Below, piece by piece: positions 39,388 through 49,123 of a stretch of 64,000 nucleotides of DNA. The position numbers and the translations under genes are program-made. The notes beneath the pieces are model-generated. The model was given only the letters and a program-made list of their open reading frames with translations, did no database searches and was not told the origin of the DNA. Each line of letters begins with the position of its first letter. Position 1 is the first letter of the stretch. The stretch is from Candidatus Bathyarchaeota archaeon. Lineage in GTDB: Archaea > Thermoproteota > Bathyarchaeia > TCS64. The stretch spans positions 128,001 through 192,000 of the forward strand of contig CAVYLP010000003.1 of NCBI GenBank assembly GCA_963769425.1, given 5' to 3'.

Positions 39388-40347
39388 TTAGTTGAAATAG
39401 CGAGCACGCAGACGGGTTAAATTACCTCTTAAGGTCTTGAGGGGGGAATAGGACTTACTGAAGATGTTCATGATCCCCTCAGGCTCGATCATCAATACAG
39501 CGATGATGACTAGTGTAGGTATTAGTCCCTCCCAATCCGCGGCCGCAATTCCATACCGCAATATCAGAAGCTGAGTCAATCCCTTCTGTACTAATGTAAT
39601 AAGGAGTCCACCGATTACCGCTCCCGTGATGCTTTGGAGCCCACCCATGACGCTTCCCGCCATGACGATCACTAGGAATGTATCGGTGTAACCTAAGCCG
39701 GTATATTGCCATAGTGGGATTATGGCACCTACGAGGCCAGCTAAGACGCCTGTAAGTAGCCATGTTAAGATGTGAATTCTGTGTACGTTTACTCCGAAAA
39801 CTGAGGCTAGAGACTCGTCTTCTGCGACAGCTCGCATGGCGATGCCTAATTTTGCTCTTGTCAGGAATAAGTAAATGGTAGCGACGATCACTGCGCAAAG
39901 GGGCAGGCTCACGATTAGAACGCCGGGGTATCCCTGCCACGTGAAGTCAAAGGAGGCTAGCCAGAACCCTTCAGTTGGGTAACCTTGGTTATACAAAAAC
40001 CAGTAGCTAAACACATCCACTAGGGAACCGATGATCATGGATATTGCGAAGAAGACGAAGGTGAGGGTGATTATATTGGCGCCATTCTCCTTGATCGGTC
40101 GCACCACCACGAAGTAGAGGCCCACAGTGAGGATACCGCATAGAACCGCTGATATTGCCCATGTCGAGTATGGGTTGAAACCCCATATTCTGACGAGTGC
40201 GTAGGCAATCATGGTGCCAATCATTGCGATTGCTGTATGGCCAAAGTTTGGGAACTTCTCCATTTGGTAGATGAATGTGAATCCTATGCATAGAATTATC
40301 ATTAAGCACGATTGGACGATGATATTAACTAGAATAGCGTTGGGCAT
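39388..40347 (-). CDS. Branched-chain amino acid ABC permease (LivH-like), orphan
   Basis: PNFGH, KLGIAMRAVAED...A...GVN, VMGGLQSITGAVIGG. Confidence 0.88.
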   Translation of the reverse strand: MPNAILVNIIVQSCLMIILCIGFTFIYQMEKFPNFGHTAIAMIGTMIAYALVRIWGFNPYSTWAISAVLCGILTVGLYFVVVRPIKENGANIITLTFVFFAISMIIGSLVDVFSYWFLYNQGYPTEGFWLASFDFTWQGYPGVLIVSLPLCAVIVATIYLFLTRAKLGIAMRAVAEDESLASVFGVNVHRIHILTWLLTGVLAGLVGAIIPLWQYTGLGYTDTFLVIVMAGSVMGGLQSITGAVIGGLLITLVQKGLTQLLILRYGIAAADWEGLIPTLVIIAVLMIEPEGIMNIFSKSYSPLKTLRGNLTRLRARYFN

Positions 40348-40456
40348 TGGTGACCCTCTTATAGTTATTTTGTATGTTCTGGATCATAAGATGGTAACCA
40401 ACCGTTATTGAACATAAATCAATTACCTATTGGAGGATTTGCCAATATAAGCTTTA

Positions 40457-40469
40457 TGAACAAGGTTCA
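40457..40469. promoter_or_regulatory. Palindrome TGAAC-AAG-GTTCA, candidate TetR autoregulatory operator
   Basis: Inverted repeat just downstream of an AT-rich TATA-like stretch and just upstream of the likely tetR start. Confidence 0.45.
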
Positions 40470-40476
40470 ACAATTA

Positions 40477-41073
40477 ATGTGTGTGCCCACACGCAGCATC
40501 ATTCGCGACAAGGATGAAAAGATAAGGCTCATCTACGAGTCCTTCGCCAGGCTTGTGAGGAAGGAAGGTTACGAGAGGGTTAGCACCCGGGGGATTGCTA
40601 AGGACGCGGGCATTAGCATAGGTATAATATACCATTATTTTCAAGAGGGTAAGCCCGAGATAGCGGCAGGGTTCTGGGAGGAGTCGCTAAACGTGATGAT
40701 GGACCCTATCTCTATTCTCAAGGGCTCCGATGAAGACATTAAGAGGGAGATAATGCTCCACCTAGAGAACCATCGTAAAAATGAGGCGCTATACAGAGCC
40801 TTCGATCAAGCGATCCTGGAGAAACAGGACCTCTTTAAAGGGTTAAAACAGAGTAGAGCAAAGTTAATCGAGGGCAAGATTCGTGCTGGCTTCTCAGAGG
40901 TAAACTCACCGACTCAGTTGAGTGAACTCGCTGAAAAGTATCTCATGGTTTACGGTTTAGTGGACGCCATTGTTCATAGGCACCTTTTCCAGGCACGTTT
41001 CGCGAAGACTGATGAGAAATTGGTGAATATTCTCAGTGAATTGTCTCTCGATTTATTGAGGAAAGAGTTGTGA
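40477..41073 (+). CDS. TetR/AcrR-family transcriptional regulator
   Basis: GYERVSTRGIAKDAGISIGIIYHYF helix-turn-helix; start near 40477-40483. Confidence 0.9.
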   Translation: MCVPTRSIIRDKDEKIRLIYESFARLVRKEGYERVSTRGIAKDAGISIGIIYHYFQEGKPEIAAGFWEESLNVMMDPISILKGSDEDIKREIMLHLENHRKNEALYRAFDQAILEKQDLFKGLKQSRAKLIEGKIRAGFSEVNSPTQLSELAEKYLMVYGLVDAIVHRHLFQARFAKTDEKLVNILSELSLDLLRKEL

Positions 41074-41336
41074 ACGAGCTCCGCTGAGCAATCTGGACTA
41101 GGATATATTTTGCATACATACAGAGAAAACTTATGACATCCAAGGAAAGCATTAGTGATGGTGGGGAATGCTCAGCTATTGGAGAAGGTATAAAAATATT
41201 TTATGGTTAGTGAGATTCAACGATTTAAAACATCCTCACCTAAAAGCATCAACGATTATGATGAGGGTTCAATGGTTGAAAACGTCAGCAGTGATTAGGA
41301 GAATTTCGCACAGCTTTACGCCTTAGGAGGTTTAAT

Positions 41337-42011
41337 TTGGAGAGGGATCGTTATGGTATTGACTTGACGAACCTATTGTTCAGAGGCGACCCCTATCTGA
41401 GGGAATTCGACGCCACGATAGTAAGCGTGGGTGATAACTTCGTGGTCCTTGATAGGACGTGTTTCTTCCCCAAGGGAGGCGGACAAGTCGGGGACACCGG
41501 CGTCCTATCGGGAGTGAGAGTTTTGGACACGCTCAAGGAGGGGGAGGAGGTTCGACACATCCTCGAAGGGGACTATAAGTTCCTCCCTGGGCAACCTGTT
41601 CATGGTGTGATTGACTGGGATAGGCGATACAGGATTATGCGCCTCCACTCGGCTTCCCATCTTGTCTATTATGCTATGAAGGAGACCTTCGGGTTAAAAT
41701 GTGTACCAGCATCATCTGGGCTTCTTGACGATGCGAAGGATAGATCTGACTACCTATTCGACTCCCCCCTGGACAGGGTGAAGCTAGCAGAGGTGGAGGA
41801 GAGGGTTAACCGACTGATAGTCGAGGGTATACCAATAACGCACGGGCAGGAATCGGATGGAGAGAGACTCCTTTGGAGGGTAGCCCTCTTCCCACCAATG
41901 GAATGTGGGGGGACCCACGTCAGAAACACAGCGGAGATCGGGCGAATCTCCATTAAACGGGGTAGTAAACCGGGCAGGGGAAAGGAGCGTATCGAGTTAA
42001 CACTTGTCTAG
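41337..42011 (+). CDS. alaX: Alanyl-tRNA editing protein (AlaX-M type)
   Basis: FPKGGGQVGDTG, MRLHSASH, CGGTHV. Confidence 0.92.
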   Translation: MERDRYGIDLTNLLFRGDPYLREFDATIVSVGDNFVVLDRTCFFPKGGGQVGDTGVLSGVRVLDTLKEGEEVRHILEGDYKFLPGQPVHGVIDWDRRYRIMRLHSASHLVYYAMKETFGLKCVPASSGLLDDAKDRSDYLFDSPLDRVKLAEVEERVNRLIVEGIPITHGQESDGERLLWRVALFPPMECGGTHVRNTAEIGRISIKRGSKPGRGKERIELTLV

Positions 42012-42124
42012 TTTATTGCTGAACTCGGATCTTAATTTATTGAGTTTTCTCGTATGCAATAGATCTCATGTTGGTATTCTCGGATAGGCTTCCACATCAG
42101 CTGCCTCTCAACATCGGTGAAGAT

Positions 42125-42432
42125 GTACCACTTAAGGTGACTGCACCGCAGACCCCTGTACCGTGTAGCGGTGTGATCATACCAAGCAGCGGTGATATTT
42201 CCTCGTCCCTCATACCTAGCAGCGGCGTCAATATACCGTGTAACGGAGAGTCGCTATACCATCTAGCGGAGATATTATACCTAGCAGCGGAGAGTGTTCC
42301 TCTCTCCTTATACCATGCAGCGGTGTCGTTATACCTAGCTGCGGTGTAAATTATACCATGTAGGGCGGTATTCATACCTACTAGGAGGGTATAACATTTT
42401 TTCCACATGTCTGTACCTAGTAGGAGGGTATA
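42125..42432. repeat. Array of 12 degenerate ~16-bp repeats, consensus ATACC(TAG/ATG)YAGCGGWG
   Basis: Copies start at 42125, 42158, 42179, 42212, 42233, 42256, 42277, 42310, 42331, 42353, 42374, 42413. Confidence 0.85.
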
Positions 42433-42449
42433 ACTTACTGGCGGGTTAA

Positions 42450-42552
42450 GTGTGGATTCCTTGTAGGTAGATATCGAAAAAAACCACAATTTTTTCCCCT
42501 ATCACTAGGAACGGTCTTCGCTTTGGCCCTGTTCCCCCAGTAGAAGTAGACT
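42450..42552 (+). repeat. Dispersed ~110-bp element, copy 1
   Basis: GTTCCCCCAGTAGAAGTAG (18/19 match to copy 2) plus colinear GGTAG, GAAAAA, TTTT, CACTAGGAA and TCTT blocks. Confidence 0.7.
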
Positions 42553-42686
42553 TTGAAATAGAGAGAACTCGAAGCAACGTAGTACGGCTAGTTGCATAAT
42601 GAAGGATGGCCCTTGATTAGATGTGTGTATGTCCCTACGATTACCTAATATAGTTGGATTATTCTAAATGAAACGCGAAAAAATCC

Positions 42687-43127
42687 TTGAAAGTATCTCA
42701 AGCCATGAGGAAAACCGTGGTGATCATCCACGAGGGCATGTCAGTCACTGAAGCATCCAAGAATATGCGCGAAAAGAATCAACCATGTGCCATCGTTTTT
42801 AGGCAGGATAAACCCTACGGCATCGTGAGTGAGCGAGATATCGCTTGGAAGGTTGCTGCAAACGGACTCGATCCCAAGAGTTTGAAGATTGAGGAAATAA
42901 TGTCGACCCCCCTCATTTCAGTTGATCCGGACGAGGATCTTGCAGAAGCAGCAAACTTGATGAAAAAACATAAGATCAGAAGATTAGCGGTGATCAGGGG
43001 AGAGACCCTGTATGGCGTCTTGACGGCCGGGGACATTATGCGCAATCTTGGCAACTACCTAGATAAAGAGGTACAAGACGTTCTCCGATACCTATGGATG
43101 CCTCGATTCTACGATCAGGTTGCATGA
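42687..43127 (+). CDS. CBS-domain pair protein
   Basis: GIVSERDI, IMSTPLISV, IRRLAV, GVLTAGD. Confidence 0.9.
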   Translation: MKVSQAMRKTVVIIHEGMSVTEASKNMREKNQPCAIVFRQDKPYGIVSERDIAWKVAANGLDPKSLKIEEIMSTPLISVDPDEDLAEAANLMKKHKIRRLAVIRGETLYGVLTAGDIMRNLGNYLDKEVQDVLRYLWMPRFYDQVA

Positions 43128-43177
43128 AATAGACAATTATTTTCTATTTAGGAATCTCGAGCGAATAAAATGCTCGT

Positions 43178-44104
43178 TTAAATTAAGGCTAGCCTTTCAC
43201 TATACTTATCCACGTTCCCAACTAGGATCTGTGAATAGTAGTCAGCTATCCGCTTAGTGATGGGCCCCGGGTACTCCTTCCCCACGTCGATATCGTCGAT
43301 GCTGGTTATCGGCGTGACCTCACCCCCGGTACCGCAAAGAAAGGCCTCATCGGACGCGTATAGCTCGGCACGGGTCAGGTCCCTCACCTCAGTTGGGACT
43401 CCGAGGTCGCTTGGGACGAATTCTAGGAAGAGATTTCTCGTGACGGACTCGAGGATGCTGGCGGTCACTGGCGAGGTGATCAGTTTGCCGTCGCGGACAC
43501 TCATCACACATGCCCCAGTGCCCTCCGAGACGTAGCCCCTGTTATCTAGGAATAGCGCAGCGTCATAGCCGCATCGCTTCGCCTCTCTGCTGGCCAGGTT
43601 GCTGTTAGCGTAGTTCGCCCAACTCTTAGCCTGGGGCGGCAGGGCGTCGCTTGAGATCCGTCTCCAGCTGCTGACCATGAATCTTCTCCTCTTCGAGAAC
43701 TCGGGGTTACTCGCTGGGAGCAGAGTGTTAAACTTCCAGACGGGTATCACGACGTGGACTTCATCGGGATCCCCCGCCTTGGGCCAGATCCTGGGTTGGA
43801 TGTAGATGTTAGAATTGTAGTCATTCTCCTTGACGACGGCTCTCAGCCCCTCGAATAGCTCATCCCTTCGGTATGGCATCTTCAGTCCGTCTATCGCCGC
43901 GCTCCTCCACAGCCTGTCCATGTGCTGATCCCAGGAGAACACTGAGAGTCGTCCCTTCCCACCTATGTTGCCTAGGATATGCGCCTTTATTCCCTCAAAT
44001 ATGCCTAGGTAGATTGGCTCCATCGCGGAGACGAGTGCACGCTCGGTCTCCACCACTCCACCATCCATCCAGCAGAACTTCGCACCATTGAATGCAGCTG
44101 ACAT
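43178..44104 (-). CDS. ilvE: Class IV aminotransferase (branched-chain amino acid type)
   Basis: GIFEGIKA, HMDRL, AKSWANY, SEGTG, ILESVTR, DEAFLCGTGGE. Confidence 0.85.
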   Translation of the reverse strand: MSAAFNGAKFCWMDGGVVETERALVSAMEPIYLGIFEGIKAHILGNIGGKGRLSVFSWDQHMDRLWRSAAIDGLKMPYRRDELFEGLRAVVKENDYNSNIYIQPRIWPKAGDPDEVHVVIPVWKFNTLLPASNPEFSKRRRFMVSSWRRISSDALPPQAKSWANYANSNLASREAKRCGYDAALFLDNRGYVSEGTGACVMSVRDGKLITSPVTASILESVTRNLFLEFVPSDLGVPTEVRDLTRAELYASDEAFLCGTGGEVTPITSIDDIDVGKEYPGPITKRIADYYSQILVGNVDKYSERLALI

Positions 44105-44282
44105 GTTATCCCTGTCTAGTTTTTAGTTGCACCAATATATGAAGCCGATATACTCACACGACTGAAATCGGACGCGAGTGCAAAAGAAAGGTCAGAATAA
44201 TGTGAGATTTATGGTATGCATTATAAGTGCGTATGCGTGCGCTGACATCAAACTCATTACCGTAAAGACGCACGGATACCCC

Positions 44283-45203
44283 ATGAAGGTAGAGTACCCC
44301 AACCCTTTCAGAGCCTCCGGCCAGTGGTTCAAGGGCAATCTCCACACCCACACAACGGCCTCAGACGGCGTCAGAACTCCACAGGAAACTGTGGACCATT
44401 ATAGTAGAAACGGCTATGACTTCCTCAGCATAACCGACCACGGAGTCCTAACCGACCCCACTACTCTAAACCCCCAAGGCATGACCCTAATACCCGGAGA
44501 GGAGATCTGCCTCGGAAACAGCCAAGCGGGTACAAACACACACATGGTCGTAGCCAACATCAAGGAAGGTCTCCCCCTAACTGACTTCAACCAGGCCACA
44601 GACCCGCAGGAGGCCATAGACCTCACCACCCAACAGGGGGGATTCACAATCATTGCCCATCCATATTGGTCTGGCTTACACATCAGTGACATCCTCAGAC
44701 TCAGGGGATACCTCGGCGTGGAGATATACAACACGAGCTGCGACGTATACCGGGGAACAGGATTCTCTTCGCCACACGTAGACGCCATCATCGCTGCTGG
44801 TAGACGCCCCTTCATCTTTGCTACGGATGACCACCATGGGGAACCCGAACCAATGAAACAGAGCGACGCCTGCGGAGCCTGGATAATGGTAAAATCAATG
44901 GAGAAAACCACCCAATCAATAGCTAAAGCAATTGAAGCGGGGTACTTCTACGCGAGCAACGGTCCAACAATAAAGTGCGTCGAAGCCAGACCTGAGGGCA
45001 TCCACGTTGAGACCAGCCCGGTTAAACACATCACCTTCGTATCGACTCCCAGCCTCGGCGCCCGCTTCACAGCAGGTGATAAGCCTCTCACTGAGTATAC
45101 CTACCCTGGACGACTCGGAGAGACCTATGTGAGAATAGAGGCCATGGACTCTGAGGGAAGAATCGCGTGGACAAATCCAATTTTCAATTCTGGCGCGTCT
45201 TGA
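44283..45203 (+). CDS. PHP-domain metallohydrolase (CehA/McbA-like)
   Basis: KGNLHTHT..SDG, ITDH, AHP, TDDHH. Confidence 0.88.
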   Translation: MKVEYPNPFRASGQWFKGNLHTHTTASDGVRTPQETVDHYSRNGYDFLSITDHGVLTDPTTLNPQGMTLIPGEEICLGNSQAGTNTHMVVANIKEGLPLTDFNQATDPQEAIDLTTQQGGFTIIAHPYWSGLHISDILRLRGYLGVEIYNTSCDVYRGTGFSSPHVDAIIAAGRRPFIFATDDHHGEPEPMKQSDACGAWIMVKSMEKTTQSIAKAIEAGYFYASNGPTIKCVEARPEGIHVETSPVKHITFVSTPSLGARFTAGDKPLTEYTYPGRLGETYVRIEAMDSEGRIAWTNPIFNSGAS

Positions 45204-45396
45204 TCACTATTGGATAATACGAAGAGATTTTGTTGTGTACGCGCCTTGAACCAAGTACGAGTAGAAAGCTTGAGAACAACCTGTATAACATTGTGGACTA
45301 CTTTGAAACATAGGGCATTCTGGAAAGACGATTTTCTAAACAAGCAAACACGCATTATTCTTAAAGGATTTCAACGAAACCTAGAGTAGGTGCAAA

Positions 45397-45951
45397 ATGT
45401 TGAAGGACTTCTACAGGCTTCAAGCAAGGCCAACAGTAGTTATATCAACCATTTCCCCGAGAGGAATACCGAATGCCGCCCCCTTCAGTTTCTCATCCCC
45501 TATGGCATCTAGACCGACGCCTCTATTCGGGTTCTGCTGCGAAGTCGAGCACGACACTTGGAGAAACATCAAGCAGAACGGCGAATTTGTTGTCAACCTC
45601 GTCGGCGAGAAGTTCGGACCCCTGATGGAGGGGCTCGAGACCCATTATCCCTACGAGGTCGATGAGATAAAGGAATGCGGCTTAACGGAGACCAAGTCTA
45701 GCAGGGTCCAACCGCCCAGAATCGCAGAGGCCTACGGTTGGATGGAGTGCAGGATGAGAGAGCGCGTGGAGCTGTCAGATAGGAGTGTGTGGATCATCGG
45801 CGAGGTCCTCGACTCGGATGCAAGTGACGATATCTACAACTCGCGTGACGGCGCAATAGATGTGGGTAAGGTGAAGCCACTCAACCACATATGGGGGGAC
45901 ATCTTCACGACGACGATGACTGAGACAAGATTCAAGAGAGCTGCGAGTTGA
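45397..45951 (+). CDS. Flavin reductase-like (DIM6/NTAB) protein
   Basis: NAAPFS, DTWRNI..GEFVVNL, PPRIAEA..WMEC. Confidence 0.88.
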   Translation: MLKDFYRLQARPTVVISTISPRGIPNAAPFSFSSPMASRPTPLFGFCCEVEHDTWRNIKQNGEFVVNLVGEKFGPLMEGLETHYPYEVDEIKECGLTETKSSRVQPPRIAEAYGWMECRMRERVELSDRSVWIIGEVLDSDASDDIYNSRDGAIDVGKVKPLNHIWGDIFTTTMTETRFKRAAS

Positions 45952-45975
45952 AAGAAGTAACGCGATTTTCTCATT

Positions 45976-46563
45976 TTACTCTTCACGTGGCCTACGAGGT
46001 ATTTTTTCATAGAACACTAATTCGGCTAATGGTTTTCTATCCCTTTTCTCAGGCCACGACTCGGGGACCCCTATGGGAATGAGGCAGTTGATCGAGTACC
46101 TCCTAGGCACTCTGAAAAACCGGCGAACAGTCTCAGCGGACACGGACCCAGTAATCATCACTGACCCATAACCAAGGGCTCTCGCCGCCAGCATGATGTT
46201 CTCCGCAGCCAACGCACCATCCTGTTTCGCGTAACCCCTGTAATTGATAGCCGTGTCAACTAGAACTATAATGTGCAGGGGCGCCCCTAACAGCTTATTG
46301 TAGTGGGACTTCATTCCCTCATCGGTGTCTGCATCGTAGCCATTATCCAGAAGCCACTTCTTCCTGCTCCGCCAAGCGAAGTCTCTGAATGCATCAAGCT
46401 TGTCCTCCACCTGGATAACCAAAAAACGCCATGACTGTTGATTACCCGCATTAGGTGCCTGCCGCGCGGCATCAAGTATCTGTTCAAGATGTTTTTGTGG
46501 GATTGGATCTGACTTGTAGCTTCTTACGGATACACGCTTCTGAAGGACCTCAAAAAAGCTCAT
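45976..46563 (-). CDS. Nitroreductase-family protein
   Basis: RVSVRSY, APNAGNQQSWRF, AAENIMLAARALGYGS. Confidence 0.9.
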   Translation of the reverse strand: MSFFEVLQKRVSVRSYKSDPIPQKHLEQILDAARQAPNAGNQQSWRFLVIQVEDKLDAFRDFAWRSRKKWLLDNGYDADTDEGMKSHYNKLLGAPLHIIVLVDTAINYRGYAKQDGALAAENIMLAARALGYGSVMITGSVSAETVRRFFRVPRRYSINCLIPIGVPESWPEKRDRKPLAELVFYEKIPRRPREE

Positions 46564-46663
46564 CTCATAATTGGATCTGATTTTTCAGACATCTAACATC
46601 AGTTCGATATTAAATTAAAATCTAAAAAAGATTTTCGTAGATTCTGTTTCGTGCAAGAAGCAG

Positions 46664-47410
46664 TTATAGCTTCATTCTCTGGAAGGCTAATGACCCGAGT
46701 CCAACCATCACAACCGCGAAGGCCAAGAGTACGGAGAAGTCGACTAGTAGCCCGAATCTATACGACCCAAGCATCAGACCCCTCATCGCGTCCACCCCAT
46801 AAGTCAACGGGTTAGCTAGGGTTAGTGCCAGCAGCCAGTCCGGTAGGTTGGTGAGGGGAAAGAGTGCACCTGACAGGAAGAACAGAGGGAACACGATGAA
46901 CCCCCCGATGAGGCTGAAGCCCTCACTCGACTCCATGAAGCTGCCAATGATGAGGCCAACGCTAACGAGGCCGACTAGGAGAACAATCATGTACGCGTAG
47001 ACGAGGATCAAGCCGAGCCCCACACTCACCCCGAAGAAGGGAGAGAGCAGAAGAATTATTGAAGCTTGGATCAGGCCATCTGTCGCCCCTCCGGCTACCT
47101 TCCCTAGGAAAGCCGTACTCCTCCTCACAGGCGCAACAAGCACCTCCTTCAAGAAGTCTATCTTCTTATCCCAGACTATGCTTGCACCATAGAAGACTGA
47201 GGAGAAGATCAGCGCCATCACGATTATCCCCGGGTAGATGTAGGCTTGGTAGCTGAGCCCAGCGACGCTAATCTGCGAACCCAGTCCACCGCCATATACG
47301 ACGAGCCATAGTATCGGGCTAACGATTGAGGATAAGACCCTCGACCGCTCCCGGAGGTAGACACGAACCTCACGCTCCCAGATAGCGTAGAGTCCACCAA
47401 GTTCTGTCAA
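46664..47410 (-). CDS. ABC-2 type exporter permease
   Basis: FLKEVLVAPV, FLSGALFP, NPLTYGVD. Confidence 0.92.
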   Translation of the reverse strand: MTELGGLYAIWEREVRVYLRERSRVLSSIVSPILWLVVYGGGLGSQISVAGLSYQAYIYPGIIVMALIFSSVFYGASIVWDKKIDFLKEVLVAPVRRSTAFLGKVAGGATDGLIQASIILLLSPFFGVSVGLGLILVYAYMIVLLVGLVSVGLIIGSFMESSEGFSLIGGFIVFPLFFLSGALFPLTNLPDWLLALTLANPLTYGVDAMRGLMLGSYRFGLLVDFSVLLAFAVVMVGLGSLAFQRMKL

Positions 47411-48360
47411 ATGCCACCGCCTCCTTGCTCGTGGTACTGTCGCCCCGTATACTTGAGAAAGACATCACTGAGAGTTGGGGGTCGTAGATCAACTGATTCG
47501 ACCTTTCCGATGGCTCCGAGGATCTCCTGGATATTTGAGCCAGCGTCTACGACCGTGAGCGTGATCTCCTCACCTCTCGCCTCAACTACCTTCACGTACG
47601 GGAACGATTCAAGCGCGGAAAGATTTGGCGTTTTCATACGGATCTTGATGATATCACCGCCGAGACCCCTCTTCAACTCACCCGGAGTGTCAAGCACGAC
47701 AATAGCCCCATGATCCATGATCGCAATCCGGTCACACAGCCTATCTGCCTCATCCATGTAATGAGTCGTTATGATGATGGAGAGCCTCTCCTCCTGCACG
47801 AGCCTCTCAATGTACTCCCAGATGTGCTCCCGCGTCTGAGGGTCAAGTCCAAGAGTCGGCTCATCAAGAAACAAGACCTTCGGTCTGTGTAGGAGCCCCC
47901 TCGCGATCTCGAGCCTCCTCCGCATCCCACCGGAGTAGTGCTTCAAGAGGTCATTCCTCCTATCCGTTAGGTCGACTAGCTCAAGCACCTCATCGATCCG
48001 CTGACGCCTGATAGAGTTAGGAACACCATACATGAGGGCATGCATCTTCAGGTTCTCGTAGCCAGTAAGTAGCTCATCCGAGCTAGGGTCCTGGAAGACG
48101 ATCCCGATGCTCTCCCTAACCTTACCCGGCTGCTTAACAACGTCGAAGCCGTTAACCCTCGCCTCGCCACCCGTGGGCTTCAAAATCGTGGCAAGCATAT
48201 GCAGTGTCGTAGTCTTACCTGCCCCGTTTGGACCGAGGAGACCGAAGACTTCTCCCTCATTGATCGAGAAACTCACCCCGTCGACCGCTTTGATGTTTCC
48301 TTTGTAGATCTTCGTAAGGTTACTCACCTTAACCATATCAGCGGACTCAGGTGGAGACAT
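47407..48360 (-). CDS. ABC exporter ATP-binding protein (DrrA-like)
   Basis: GPNGAGKT, YSGGM, LFLDEPTLGLD, TTHYMDEA. Confidence 0.95.
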   Translation of the reverse strand: MSPPESADMVKVSNLTKIYKGNIKAVDGVSFSINEGEVFGLLGPNGAGKTTTLHMLATILKPTGGEARVNGFDVVKQPGKVRESIGIVFQDPSSDELLTGYENLKMHALMYGVPNSIRRQRIDEVLELVDLTDRRNDLLKHYSGGMRRRLEIARGLLHRPKVLFLDEPTLGLDPQTREHIWEYIERLVQEERLSIIITTHYMDEADRLCDRIAIMDHGAIVVLDTPGELKRGLGGDIIKIRMKTPNLSALESFPYVKVVEARGEEITLTVVDAGSNIQEILGAIGKVESVDLRPPTLSDVFLKYTGRQYHEQGGGGI

Positions 48361-48550
48361 ATTCAGTGCGCCAACTTTGTTACCAAACCATAGTGCGAGC
48401 CATAAAGGGTTCGTTCGTTTACACTAAATGAATAGGAAGTACGTGCAGAGCCTTCATCAATCGTGAGGAGACAGAGACCTGGCTCGCAAAATAGGACCCG
48501 GATCACTTAGCCAAGAGCCTAAAAGCCCTATCAGTGCTCTTCCAGAGTAA

Positions 48551-48650
48551 GGCCTACTTCTACTGGAGGAACCGGGCTGCCAAGAATGATTCCTAGTGGC
48601 AGGTGCAAAAGTGATGTTTTTCCTTATTCCTACCAGCGAGGCATACGCGA
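48551..48650 (-). repeat. Dispersed ~110-bp element, copy 2 (inverted relative to copy 1)
   Basis: Minus strand ...GGTAGGAATAAGGAAAAACATCACTTTTGCACCTGCCACTAGGAATCATTCTTGGCAGCCCGGTTCCTCCAGTAGAAGTAG. Confidence 0.7.
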
Positions 48651-49123
48651 CCAACCAGCAAACGTGTTACTCCACCCACCGAACATCCACTCCTCCTGTC
48701 GACACCCATACGGGTGAACTCAACCTCGGATGAATCATCGCAATGGACCGGTGAGGAGTCATTAAGCAATTCTGTAAAACGCTTATACTATGCTACCGTA
48801 CGGGGGAGACTTGAAAAACGCGCCGATCCCTCAAACATCATGAATCAGGCTCTATTTCTGAGTAGTTTGATAATTCAACCTTCTCTCGGTGAGCGTATTT
48901 GGTGGAAAATTATTGGCCAACAGAAAAACGAGTATAAGGGGTTCACAAACGCACTGGAATGGATATAGGAAAACCATTGGGGTAACCATGAGTCTAATCG
49001 TTAGGCTGCTGATGAAACTCGGATCGAGATAAGGATCGACTAGGCGATGTCCTCGGGTGGAGTAGACTCAGAGAAGCCCCACGGTCAACCCCGAGAAAAT
49101 GAGTATCAGAACTTCAAGGACGT

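Noticed and set aside
42125-42432. CRISPR or TIGR-type guide array interpretation of the repeats
   Set aside because: Repeats are short and degenerate, the period is irregular (21-39 bp), spacers are too short, and there is no cas or Nop-domain gene in the window.
48714-48968. 84-aa ORF in the spacer between the ABC exporter and DUF4382 genes
   Set aside because: No motif, RBS or codon-usage support; not called as a gene.
49051-49095. IS200/IS605-like end (GAAGCCCCAC inside a CTCGGG...CCCGAG stem)
   Set aside because: The match is too short and no tnpA/tnpB remnant is visible.
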